From: Prorocentrum cordatum
Taxonomy: Eukaryota
NCBI GenBank assembly: GCA_963575745.1
Contig: CAUYUJ010000015.1
Span: forward strand, 1 to 64,000
Reading direction: 5' to 3'
DNA length: 64,000 nt
The notes beneath the pieces are model-generated. The model ran no database searches and was not told the DNA's origin. It was given only the letters and a program-made list of their open reading frames with translations. Both the position numbers and the translations under genes were made by a program. This document shows, one piece after another, positions 24,920 to 36,502 of this stretch. The stretch's first letter is position 1, and the number at the start of each line of letters is the position of its first letter.

Positions 24920-25360
24920 AATATGCCTGCGAATGTGGCAGTCTGCCTGCGTGTGTGTGTGTGTGTGCTGCATGCCGCCCCCCCCCCCCTCCCCAGTCTG
25001 CAGCATGCCTGCGACGGGCCGTATGCCGGACTTTCCCCATGGCGCAGTATGCCTGCGAATGTGGCAATATACCTGCGTGTGCGTGCCGTATGCCGGCCCC
25101 CTAGTCTGCAGTATGCCTGCGACGTGCCGTATGCCGGCCCCTCCCCAATGCGCAGTCTGCCTGCGAATGCGGCGAGATGCCTGCGCGTGCGCGCCGTATG
25201 CCGGCCCCCCCCCCAGTCTGCAGTATGCCTGCGACTTGCCGTATGCCGGCCCTTCCCCATGGCGCAGTATGCTTGCGAATGCGGCAATATGCTTGCGTAT
25301 GCGCGCCGTATGCCGGCCCCCAATCTGCAGCATGCCTGCGAAGTGCCGTATGCTGGCTCT
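24920..25360. repeat. Internal ~110 bp higher-order tandem repeat (gtatgccggccc / cagtatgcctgcga subunits)
   Basis: cgtatgccggc..ccccatggcgcag recurs at ~25020, 25128 and 25240, with a partial unit at 25347. Confidence 0.85.
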
Positions 25361-25426
25361 TGCCAGCGCGCGCGAGGGAAGCCGATTAGCTCGTGCGCGA
25401 CGCGCCCCAACGCGTGCCAAGCAACC

Positions 25427-27205
25427 ATGGCGCTGCCTCGCGAGAAAATCGTCGAGTTGATTGGCGGTTTGCCTGCTGGCGCTTTCGGCACCGACAGGAC
25501 CGCCATCAGGGCTCGCGGGCGAAATCCCGCGCGGGGTCTCCCTGCCTACGTTGTGTGCAAGGCCGATTGGGTCCTCTCCGTCGCCGAGGCCAACGCGGTG
25601 GACGGGGAAGAGGCACCGCTGTTCCTGTGCACCGCGGTCGCGCGCCTCATGGCCGAAGCGGTCGGGGCGGTCCGCCCGATTGACTACTCGGACGCATCCA
25701 TGCGCGAGATGTCGACTGCGGCCCTCAAGCCGGGCGCGAAGCCGTTCGCGGAAAACAGGCCCGCGAAGTGGCGCGATTTCGCCATCAAGCCGTGCCGCGT
25801 CAATATGGCGTTGCGGGCGCAGTCGAAGGCGTGCTCGACCTTCGGGCCACAGGCCCCCGCCCCGACCGCGCGCGCGGGCGCGGGTCGGCGCGCGACGTGG
25901 CGCCAGGGCGGGCAATCGGCCCCGGCGGAGGCGCCCGCCATGCCCACGGAGGAAACGGCTCGCATCGCGGCAGCCATGGAAGATTACGTAAGGGCCAGCA
26001 AGGATTTGCTGGAAGACAAGAAAGAGAAGCCCTTGGCGTTCGCCATGGAGGAGCAGCGTGTTCCGCACGCGCGGGGGCCGCCGAGGAAAGGGGGGCGCGC
26101 TTCCGCAGGACCGCGCGCGCGAGGTCTGGCTCGGAAACTTCCCCCGCGAAGGGTTGCCGACGGAAGAGTCGATGCGCAAGTTCGCGTCTGCGGGTCGAAC
26201 GGCCCAGAAGAATGGCCGCTCGTATATCGGGAGCGCCGAGGGCGAGAGCCTGCAGGCGCCCTGGCTTGGCGCCGCGCGTCGCGGCCGATCCCCGCTCCGA
26301 TGTCTCCGTTCCACGCGCAGGACCGCTGCAAGCTCCAATGGGCGCGGGCGCCGAGGCTGGATTCGGCACCAGCGGGGCCAGGCTCGTGGCGCGATCGCGC
26401 GTCGGCCATCACCGCGGCTAACCGCGCGGGGGCATCCCTGGACCGAATGGATTTTCTCGGTTACGCGCGCTTCCAGGCCGCGCGCGCAGCGGCGGGGCGC
26501 GAGCGCCCGCGCGGGCCCAGTCGCGCGAGGCCCACGTGATGGAGTGGGGGCTTCGCTGCATATTGTCCAAGGTGTTTGATTCCGTCGTGCGGCTGGGATT
26601 CATGTATCAGCTCGCGCGCGTGAGTGAAGAGCACGGGGGCGTCAAGGCTAGGCGCGCAGCGGCTGGGCCGCTGCCCGAAGCTGCGCGGGCGGGGCCGCGC
26701 CGCGTGCAGGTATCATATGCGTACGATTTGCTGCTCCGCCAGAAGGTGGCGAAAGATCTGGAGCACGGCGATGAAGCCTCGACGGCCGCGTTCACCGTGT
26801 TGTCGTGGGACATCCTGCGCGCCGCCAAGGTGCGAAGCGATTCGGGCGGGGCCGCGCGGGCAACGCGCATTGGGCTGCCCGCCCCAGGCGAGAGTCGAGC
26901 AGTCGGACCGCCAGGCGTCGATCGCCAAGGGCGGGGGCAAGAAGGGCGGCAGCGACCGGCGCGACCAGGCGCGCCCGCGCGCGAGCGCCCCGCGGACGCG
27001 CGCGCGCGTCACGACGCGCGAGGCGACGAGGCCTGGGCCAAGGGTCCCGAGGAGCCCCGTTCTTCGGCGTTTGCGCAGCCCGCGCCGTGACGCATCTGGC
27101 ACAGCCGGCAACAAAGGGAACGGCAAGCCTGGCAAAGGAGGGGCTTCCAAGGACGCGGGGAGCTCGTGGAACAGGCCCGAGAGGGCCGATGCCTGGCGGT
27201 GGTGA
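25427..27205 (+). CDS. Gag-like ORF1 of the YR retroelement, spliced
   Basis: ATG at 25427; introns 25853-25906, 26256-26320, 26477-26529, 26647-26709 and 26830-26887 (plus one near 26050-26108) join the frames; YAYDLLLRQKVA resembles DIRS gag; basic G/K-rich tail. Confidence 0.7.
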
Positions 27206-27390
27206 CGCCAGAGCGCTGGCGCTTTGCATACTAATTATTCGCTCGCCCAAGGCGCGACCCGCGAGCGCGCCCGCGTGATTGTCGCGCGACGAGCCGCGTA
27301 GGCGACGGGGCTCTCCCACTGCGCTCTGCCGACAGCGGTGAGAGCGCAGCGTGGCGTGGGCCGTCGCCCGAGGGACAGGAGGCGCCGCGA

Positions 27391-30200
27391 TTGCGCCGCG
27401 GCCAGGACTGCCCCGCCCGCGCGCGCGCAGCGCAGGGCGCGAATGCCGATTCCGACAACGATGTCGGGGGCGGGGGCGGCGATCTGTGCCCCCAGCAAAT
27501 TCACGATGCCGGCTGCGCTTTTGATGAGGCCCGCAACCATCATCCGCCGAAGGCGCATCGAAACACCGCCGCGTTGCCGCGCGCGGTCGGGTCAGAGCCG
27601 CCGTGGAAGCACTGCTTGTCGACGAAGGCAGGAGGGCGGGCATGGGCCCCCTCTGCCATGTGGCCTGGGCGGCGCATCTGCCGCGGGTCAGCGAAATGGC
27701 GCCGCTCGCCGGGGCTGCGCGCGACGCGGCGGTGGCAGCGAGCCAGACGGCCGATCAGCTCTTGCATCAGAAGCGCGAGGCGGCCCTGCAGTTCTGGCAG
27801 GAGCGCAAACGTGTGACGGCTCCAGCATGGAAGGCGCCACCCAGCATGCCCGCATCGCGCGCCGAGTTCAGCCGGGGAGCGCGCTTGCGGGGAGGCGCGC
27901 TACGCGAGATTACCATGGCACGTGCGTTCCGTTCTTGGGCCTGACAAGAATTTGTTGCTCTTGGCCGAGATGATGCAAGCCGCTGGGGTGGCCCGCGACG
28001 CGGCGCGGGCACGCGCCGGCGGAGCGCGGCCTCGTGCGCGAGGCGCCCGACATTAATTTGGCGCGCGATTTGGAAGAAGGGTTCCAGCTTGTCGGGGTCC
28101 TGCCGCGTTCGGGCATGAACGCGGACGTGGCCCCGAAGGAGACCGCGTGCCCGTCCGAGCTGCGCGGCCGGGCGGACGCTTTGAACGCCGCCACTCTCGA
28201 GCGCGCGTCTCGGGACCTGGGGGCCGACGCGGAAGTCACCCAGATATTGCATCAGAAAGCATATGAGGAGGCGCGCGCGCGCGTGCGCCCCGCGTGCTGG
28301 AGTGGGCGGCCTGCCCGGGTCGCGGCGCCCGCGCGCATGCAGGTAGCCGCGGGTCAGGCGGCATGGGTGCGTCTGTCTGACTTGCCGCGAGGGGCGATAT
28401 TGAACCCGCGTTTCCCCGTCGACGAGGGATGGCGATGGAAGGAATCGGGCTGAGCGCGCAAGGAAAAACGCATTCTCCGCGGCGCGCAGTCTCCCCGTGC
28501 CCTGCCCCGGGGGTCGGTGCGCTTAGGTTCGCGCGATTGACGACTTTACTGCTACGGGAGTGATTGACTGCGCCGCGGCAGCCGAAAGGTGCAGGTGGGC
28601 CCTGGCGCGCGCGGCCCGCCCTCACCCCTCCCCTTGTGTTGCCGCGGCCGCGCGCAGGGCCGATTCTCTCGACGCTCTGGTAGAGCTGGCGCGGATCGCG
28701 GCCGCGGCCGGCACGCCGGCGTTGAGCAAGGAAGATTTCGTCGGGGCTTAGAAGACGCTGCCTGTGCGAGGCGCCGACCTCCCGCTGGCCCTCACGGCTT
28801 GGGCCAAGGGGGCCAGCGAAGGCTACTGCTTGCAGCTCCTGAGCTGCCCGTTCAGCGCCGTGGGGAGCGGGTGCGCCTGGGGCCGCGTTGGCGCGGCGCT
28901 CCAGGCACGGGGCGCGACCGCCGCGGCGTCACAGCGCACGCCCCCCCCGCGCGGCAGGCGATCCTTGCCAAGTTATTCTGGCTTGCGTCGGGGCGGTTTG
29001 TGGACGACCTGTTCCGGGCCGACGCCGACAGAGGGCCTGGCGCGGGCGGCCCCCGCGACGCCGCCGAGGTGTTGAGAGCGGTCGTCGAAGATCTGTTAGG
29101 CTGGCGCCTCGATGCCGGCAATCGCGTCGTTGCCGAGCCGAGGGCAAATGTGCTCGGCGTCGACGCGGAAGTGCGCGGTTCGGGCGAGGAGCTATCGCTC
29201 GTGTTCGCGATCGGTACTGACAAGCGTGATAAGTGGAGCCAGGGGATCGAGGGGGTGCTGGCGGCAAGGCGAATGTCGCCGGCGGCCGCCTCCAAACTCG
29301 CCGGCAGATTGGGATGGGGGTCCAGCGCGGTGTTCGGCAGAGGCGCGCGATGAGTCGCGCGCGCAGGCAGCGTGCGCGAGCGGGGGCGACGGCAGGCGCC
29401 CGAGTATACCTGGCACCGCTGTTCTGGCATGCGCAACCGCGGGGGTGGGCGCTGAATTCTCGGCTCCGAAGAGCACTGGAGTGGTGGCTGCGCTTCCTCC
29501 GAAGCGCGCCAGAACGGGCGGTGCCCCTGCGAGTGGGCCCATGCCGTCCCCGCTACCTTGTGTATTCCGACGCGACGGGTGGTGGCAGGCGACGTATGCG
29601 CGAGCCCACGGCGCCGGCCCCGCCCGGACTGCGCCGCCACCGCAGGCTCGCGTGGGTCATCATCGGACCCGATCGTAAGCAGTATGCGGCGGCCGATGTG
29701 CCCGGTCCGATCAAGCGGTGGGCGCGGCACCGCAGGACGCAGGCGGGAACGCCCCACCGACCGCGCGCAACGCGGCACGCGGCCCCCCGTGCGCAGGTCG
29801 CGACTTGGGAGCTCGTCGCGGCAGTATGCGCCTTGCATCATTTGCTCTCGGAGTTGCGCGACGCCGAGATATGGATGTTTGTGGATTCGAAGGCGTGGCC
29901 AAGCGCGGACCGTCGGGCCGCGCGCGCAATGCCCGTCGGATGCGGCAGGCCGCGCTCGGTGCACTCTTGCGCGGCACCTCGCGCCAGCCAGATTATAACG
30001 CGCTGTTTGCCGACATCTGGTTCGCGGCGGCTACCGCGCGGTGCCTCCTGAGCGCATGGTACGTGCCATCGGCGCTCAACGTGGCGGACGCCCCCACGCG
30101 ACCCGCTAAGAAAGCGGCCGAGATAGCGGCCATGCACCGCGAGGGCATCGCCCGGGTGGCGTGGCCATGGCCCCGCGCGGCGCCCTGGGACTCACGCTAG
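27391..30200 (+). pseudogene. DIRS-type reverse transcriptase-RNase H with 10 mapped introns and 2 premature stops; start approximate
   Basis: Spliced product: DLEEGFQLVG, EE|VAAG, RK|VRAIDDF, DFVGA*KTLP, CPFSAVGS, RFVDDLF (~28997), KLAGRLGW, YSDATGG, WELVAA, FVDSK|AALGAL, VPSALNVADAPTR; stops at 28451 and 28749. Confidence 0.9.
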
Positions 30201-30303
30201 CAAGGGCATCTGATGGCATGTGAAACGGGAAAAGGGGCACGAGTGCCGACGCGGCGGGCACGTGGCGACCGCGGCGCGCCGTGAGCGAAGATCCGCAAGC
30301 GGG

Positions 30304-32517
30304 ATGCTCGCGTGTCTGTCGTACGCATCGCGATGGGCGCCCGCAAATGTTGCGGACCCGGTAGGCGCAGTTGCTTTGCAATGTCTGGCATCCAAGCTCG
30401 CGGCCGAGGGCGCGACGCCCCCCTCCGACATTTCCGAGTTCTCGGCGGGGGAGCCGAGGGAAATGTTCCCATGCCTCCGTGAGTGTTCGGTATGCTTTAC
30501 CTGGGCACTTGTCGCGCGTGCACGGGGAATGGTCCATGATAAAGCTTAAGCGACCGCGGGAGAACGCGGCGGAAGCGTTATCCCAGGTTGCGCGCGCAGC
30601 GCCACCTTACCCACCGAGGTAGGGGAGCGCCCGGCCGCCGCGCGGGGCCCGCGGTTGTAAAGGCGGCGGAAGTAATAATCGAGGAGGCCGCCAAGCGCCC
30701 GGCACCGGCTCCGGGCTTGCGGGCGACGCGCCGGCCTGGCGCGGCATTGACCCCTCAATATGCTCTTGCGTTACTGTCGGCGGCGCGGCAGGCACAGCAG
30801 GCACCGCGTCACGGCGCCGCGGGCCCCGTGCGCCGCGTTCGGCGCAGAGGTGCCAGTGCCGTCGCTACTGGCAGAGGCGACCCGCCAGTTGACGAAGCTC
30901 CAAACGCCGCCCGTAATACTCGAATGCGAAAGCGGGAATATGCACGGGGTGCGCGCAAGATTTGTCATCCGCGCGCGATGGTTGCCAGGCACACCTCGTC
31001 GGCGTGCCGAAGAGTTGCGGCTGTCAGGAACAGCGCTGGAGCGCATGCGCCGCATCCAGATGGCCGCGCTGTGGAGAGAGTTCCACGCGTGGAAGCTCTC
31101 GGCGTATCCGTATGCCTCAGCGATTGAATTATACGGCCAAGCGTGCGAATCGGCCAGGGCCTCACCCTGGCCGCCGCGCGCAATCACAAGGGACGTGATG
31201 GTGGCGCTCTGCCGCCGCCCGGGTACTCTGTCACATTATTTGCAAGGCATACGATTTGTGCTGAATTTGCTCCGCGCAGACACGGGGGCCCTGGCGGATC
31301 CGCGGACCCTGGTGTTCGGCGCCCGGAAGGTGTGGCCACCGCGCGCGCCGCCCAGAAGCTCCGTGAGTCCGTCGGAAGGCGGAACCGCCTGGCGCGCAAA
31401 GGTTTCGTGCGCGCGCCACAGCGGACAACGTCCGCGCGATGGCAGATTGGTTGCGCGAGGCACGGCCGCGCGCCCATCGGGCGGCGGGCCGCGCGCGCCG
31501 ACCGGCGTGCCCTGCGGTCGGCAGATTGAGCGCGGCGACATGGCCGACGCATTCGTCATCTGCTGGCAGTTTTGCTTGCGCTTCGGCTCCGAAGTGGTGG
31601 GGCTGAATGCGCCGGCACATAGCGTGATTTCGCGCCACGAGGACGAAGGGAAGCACCAGGTGCAGGTGCCATTCCGCCGCCGCAAAGGCAAGGTGGCGCC
31701 AGACCCGGCGGGCCGCTCGCGCGCGCGCGCGCGCCACGGGGTCGCGCCAGGGGCCCGCTTCGCGAAGGTCTGGAGGGTATGTGTGTGCCAGCTTCAGGAC
31801 AAACGACTGCGCGCCCTATGCATTATTAGGCGCCAGGTTCGCCCCGGCGAACAGCTCCTGCCTGGCGTCACCTACGTGGACGGGCTGGCTTGCGTCAAGC
31901 TCGCCGCTGCCCACCTGGGGCTCCATCGCGCACTGGAGTGGGGGGCGCATTGCTTTCGGCGCGGCCGCGCCGACCAGGCGGGGCCCCATATCCTGTCTGC
32001 CCGAGCTTGCACGCGGCCCGGGCCGCTCGCGCGCGAGGCATTCCGCGCCGGGGGGCAGGCGGCGTTGTTTTTCGAGGGCGGCTGGAAGTCAGTGGCCGCG
32101 CTCGGGCACCGCGTAGGTGGCGGGCGCGGCCTCGCTGCCTGGGCCGCGATGGCACGGCGCGTTATGAAGCGCAGGTACACGGCAGCAAAGACGAAGGCCA
32201 TGGTGCTAGCGGCCGAGGCGGAAATCGCGCACTCTGATTCCGACGAGGCGCCGCCCTGCAGGCATCGGGGTCGGGGCTCCGCGGCGGCGCTTGGCGTGCA
32301 GGACGCGCCGATCGCCGCGGAAGCAATGCAGGGGTCGCCCAGGCCGCGAGGGAAGCAGACCAAGCATCTGCAGTCTGCACGGTGTGCGCGCGGGCGTCGT
32401 TCCGCCGAGCATGCGTCGGGAGACGTCGGCGAGGTTGCTCGGCTCCGCGACGCCGACTCGCGCTCCCACCACCGCCAGGCCTGGGCCCGCGCCTGTCGAC
32501 GGTTGTGCCCTGCGTAA
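30304..32517 (+). CDS. Tyrosine recombinase, spliced; ends approximate
   Basis: Catalytic set: R in LRFGSE (31579), RRRK, CVC..LC, HCFRRG (31948), GGWKS (32083) and Tyr at 32176; normal spacing needs removal of introns 31978-32037 and 32106-32174. Confidence 0.85.
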
Positions 32518-32984
32518 GCGCGGGCCCAGCCTCGACGCGACTTCTCATGGGCGCCCTGGGCAGCTCTTGGGCGCGGGGAGAAGTCGCGGCGGTGCGTTCG
32601 GCCCTTGTCATGCTATTCTTCTTGCTCATCCGATGCTGCGGGACGGCTAGTGCTGGCTGAGGCTGAGGCGAATCCCCCTCCTGCGCGCCCGCGGGCGCGT
32701 CCGCGGCGCAGGCTTTCGCGATTCGGGATTCGCCTGGCCGCCCCGCATTAGGGAATGCGTTGTCCCGCCCACCCGACCCTGCTGCGCGAGCGCGGCGGCG
32801 TCGCGGTGGCTCCTGGGCGCGTCGAGGCTGGGCTGGCCCAGGGCTCGGCGGGGGGGGGGGGCGTCGGCGAGGTTGCTCGGCTCCGCGAAGCCGACTCGCG
32901 CTCCGACCGCCGCCAGGCCTGGGCCCGCGCCTGTCGACGGTTGTGCCCTGCGTAAGCGCGGGCCCAGCCTCGGCGCGACTTCTC
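32424..32984 (+). repeat. Right-end repeats B1 (32424-32546), A2 (32547-32761), 100 nt spacer, B2 (32862-32984)
   Basis: B1 and B2 are both 123 nt, cgtcggcgaggttgctc...gcgacttctc, with few substitutions; B1 abuts A2. Confidence 0.95.
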
Positions 32985-34394
32985 GGCCTTCTGTTTCATT
33001 GTATAGAGCACGACGGACTCGATTGAGCGCCAGACTCGAACGGTGGGTCCTTCTGCAGCGCCTGCTCATCCAGCCTGTCCGCTGCCACTTTTGCTTTGGG
33101 GCTAGTCCGCTTGTGGGAACGATTTTCACATCTACATCCCCATTCGTAATCTCAGGTTCGCCGGGCTCCCTGGGTTCCTCGGGTTTCCCGGTTTCCTAAG
33201 GTTCCTCGGGTTCCCCGGTGTCCCAATCAGCGCCGGACAATGCAAAGCAAAGCCGAGCATTGTGACCATGCAATGGGGAGTGCTCCCCCACTTGGGGTCG
33301 CGCCGGGCTCGTTTAATTTAGCAGAGTTACTTGCATATTGGCTGCGTTATTCACTGCTGCTCGCTGTTGAGCAGATGATTGAACACACCACTCACTTAAC
33401 AGTCTGGTAACATGGCCTTCGTAGTGTGCGTTTAGCTTCATGTTCCTTGCTCATATTCTTCATCAGTGTTCCTCCTCCGTTCCATCCCCGTCCTCCGTCC
33501 TTCGCTGTTGCTCCTCCTCTTCCGCTGCCCTCATCACCTTTCTTCCTCCATCATCTTCCTCCCCCTGGAGGAGGAAACAATGGAGGGAACGGGCCCTCCC
33601 CGACGCCCGCCAGGCTGCGGCTGGACGCCGAGGGCGCGCGAGCGAGCGCGTGCAAGGCATTCCACAGGGCCCGCGAGGCGGAGGGCGAGGCGCGCCAGGG
33701 GGGCGCCGACGGGGGAGAACCCCCACTTCCACCCTCCGCCTTCTCCTCTTCCCCCACCTCCGCTTTCCTCCCTCCCCCCACTCGCCCTTCTTCCCCCGCA
33801 TCCTCCTCTGCCTCCTCCCTCCGCTCTCCACTCATGGCTGGTTTTCTCTGCCTTCGTCGTCATCCCTTGTCCGTCCTTCCCTTGCTGGCCAATGTCCCTC
33901 CGCCTTTGCCTCCGCCCCCTGACTGGGCTTCACTCTTTCTTCATCGATGACGGATTGGGCGAGTGAGCCAGGACCGACTGGAAAGGGGCGGTGCCTTCTG
34001 CCTTCGTCCAAGTCCTCGTTCCCTTCCTCCGCCTCCTCTGGGGGTCGTCCTCCTGCTCCGCTTCCGGATCGCCGTCTGAGGATTCGAGCAGGTCCGACTT
34101 GCTGTACGGCCAGGAGACTAGCGGCCTTCTGGCCGTCACCCCACGGCCACGGAAGTTGAAAAGGCTCGAGGACCCTTCCTTGAGTTTTGGACGTTGTTGG
34201 TCATGTTTGGGCCGTTGGAGACATCCAGATGCCTCGGGGGCCCTCTGGAGGCTTGCACGGACCTCCTGATACCTCTGGACGATCCCATCCGAATCCGATT
34301 CCTCCGCGTCCGCCTCATTTTCTTGATTCCCCAAACAGCTTGCTGAACGGGGTGCTGTTGTGATAGAAGCTAACTCCGGCCGAGGGAAAGGGGA

Positions 34395-35830
34395 GCAGAG
34401 ACATCCTCAAAAAAATCTGATGGTCGGGGCCGTTTCGCTTGAGACATCCTCACAGCTCTCGTTTCTGAGTTGGCCGGGATTGGCCGTTTCGCCTGAGACA
34501 TCCTCGAAAAGTTGCGCTCCGTTTCGCTTGAGACATCCTCGGAACTCTGAGCCCCGAGGTGCCGTGCGAGAGGTGGTCCGGGCCGTTTCGCCTGAGACAT
34601 CCGCGAAACTCTAAGCTCTGAGATGCCTTGCGCGAGGTGGTCCGGCCCGTTTCGCCTGAGACAGCCTCGAAACTCTGACCTCGGAGATGCCGCGCGAGAG
34701 GTGGTCCGGCCCGTTTCGCCTGAGACATCCTCGAATTTCTAAGCTCTGAGATGCCCTGCGCGAGGTGGCCGGACCAGTCTCGCCTGAGACATCCTTGCAA
34801 TTCTGAGCTCTGAGATGCCGTGCGCAAGGTGGTCTGGCTTGCTTCGCACAAGACATTCTCGCAATTCTGAGCTCCCAGATGCCGCGCAAGAGGTGGTCCA
34901 GCCTGGGGGCCCAGAAGACTACACGTTACATATCCTCCCTGGGAGCCCCAGAGAGCTCCAGGAGGCCGCAGGACGCCCAGGACAGGCCACAGGGGTCCCC
35001 AGGAGATTCCCAGGAGGCTCCCAGGAGGCCCCAGGAGGCCCCCTATCAGAACGTGTCAAGTTAATACAAATCCGGTGTCGATTCGTTGATTCTTCCTGCT
35101 CTTGTGCCCCCCCTCCATTTTGAGGGGCCCAAACGGCCACAGGTTCGATATCCCCCCTGGGAGCCCCAAGAGGCTTCAGGAAGGCCCAGGTGGAGTTCAG
35201 GAGGCCACAGGAGTCCCAGGAGGAAGCCCCAGGAGGCACCAGGAGGCCCCCGCAACTCGGAGCTCTGAGACGCCGCGTTCGAGGTGGTCCAGCCCGTTTC
35301 GCCTGAGACTTCCTCGCAGCACGTTTCACCCGAGACATCGTCGCAACTCTGGGGTCCGAGATGCCGCGCGCGAGGTGGTCCAGCCCGTTACGCTGGAGAG
35401 ATCCTCGCAACCCTAGGCTCCGAGGTGCCGTTCGGGATCAAGAGGTGGAGGAGGAGGAGGAGGAAGAGGAGGAGGAGGAGGAGGAGAAGGAGAAGGAGAT
35501 GGAAGAGAGAAGGAGGAGGCGGATGATGTGGATGAGGGAGCAGGCAGGAGGAGGGGGAGGAGGAAGAGGAGGAGGAGGAGGAGGAGGAGGGAGAAGGAAG
35601 GGAGTTGCAGGAGAAGACCTAACGGGAAGCGAGTGTGACGTGGACTTGTCAGAACGTGTGCGAGAGGTTGTCCAGCCCGTTTCGCTTGAGACATCCTTCC
35701 AATACTGAGCTCCAATATGTCGCTCGCGAGGTGGTCCGGCCCGTTTCGATTGAGCCATCCTCGCAATGCGAGGCTCGAAGATGTTGCGCGCGAGATGGTC
35801 TGGCCCGTTCTGCCTGAGACGTTTCGTAGC
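34395..35830. repeat. ~60 bp degenerate satellite (ccgtttcgcctgagacatcctcg...gaggtggtccggc), interrupted by ccaggaggc and (GGA)n tracts
   Basis: More than ten recognisable units. Confidence 0.85.
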
Positions 35831-36502
35831 ACAGGGGCTCCAATCACAACCTCTCTCATTCCTTCTCCCGCCTCCTTCTTCCCACTTCCCGCCTGGCTCC
35901 TCTTCCCTCCTCCCTCCTCCCGCCTCCCGCCTCCCACTGCTGCGCCTCTGCCTCCGCCTCCCCGTCCCCGCCGTCGTCGTTTCTGCCGCCTCAGCATCTG
36001 TCATGCGCGCACTGCCTTCCGCCCTCCCCAGACATCCGACGTCACGATTTTTCCTTTGAGACGAGCGCCGCGTGCCTCTCGATATCATCCCCGGGGGAAC
36101 CATGACGACGTGCCCCCCCGCTTCCTTGCCCTCCCCCGTTTCCTCGTACAGTTGCTTCCGAGTTCACAGCATGGCGGTGGAGCCTCTTACAGTGCCGACC
36201 CGACAGCTTATTCGTCGACCAGGTGCGAGAGAGTACGACACCCTCTAGCGTTAGCTTCCTGATAGGGATGCGTCACACAAGTTTTCGTGCAAACATCTCA
36301 TGTGCAAACATCATGGAATCATGTTCTTACATGCCATGCCAGTCCGCACTGGACGGGCACGCAATCGACCTTGGAAACCGCAGTGGGTCTAAAAACCCTG
36401 TTTGGGGATACTGCACTCCGGCTATATATTTATCTTCACCCTTCGCCTCATCGTTCTGCTCTCTCATATGGCGTTCTGCTTCCTCCTTCTTTTTTTTCAT
36501 CG

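Larger units (their letters stand above)
24257..32984 (+). mobile_element. Complete tyrosine-recombinase retrotransposon (DIRS order, PAT/Ngaro-like split direct repeats) with intron-rich gag, RT-RH and YR genes
   Basis: A1 24257-24465 matches A2 32547-32761; B1 32424-32546 matches B2 32862-32984; gag, RT/RNase H and YR lie in tandem on + between A1 and B1. Confidence 0.9.

Noticed and set aside
24323..26539. Long ORFs of 671 aa (minus) and 645 aa (plus)
   Set aside because: They read through tandem repeats and GC-rich introns; the real coding signal is the spliced gag from 25427
28451..28751. Stop-codon recoding (TGA for W, TAG for Y) in the RT
   Set aside because: Each is one substitution from the expected codon, and other motif residues are also decayed; ordinary pseudogenisation is simpler
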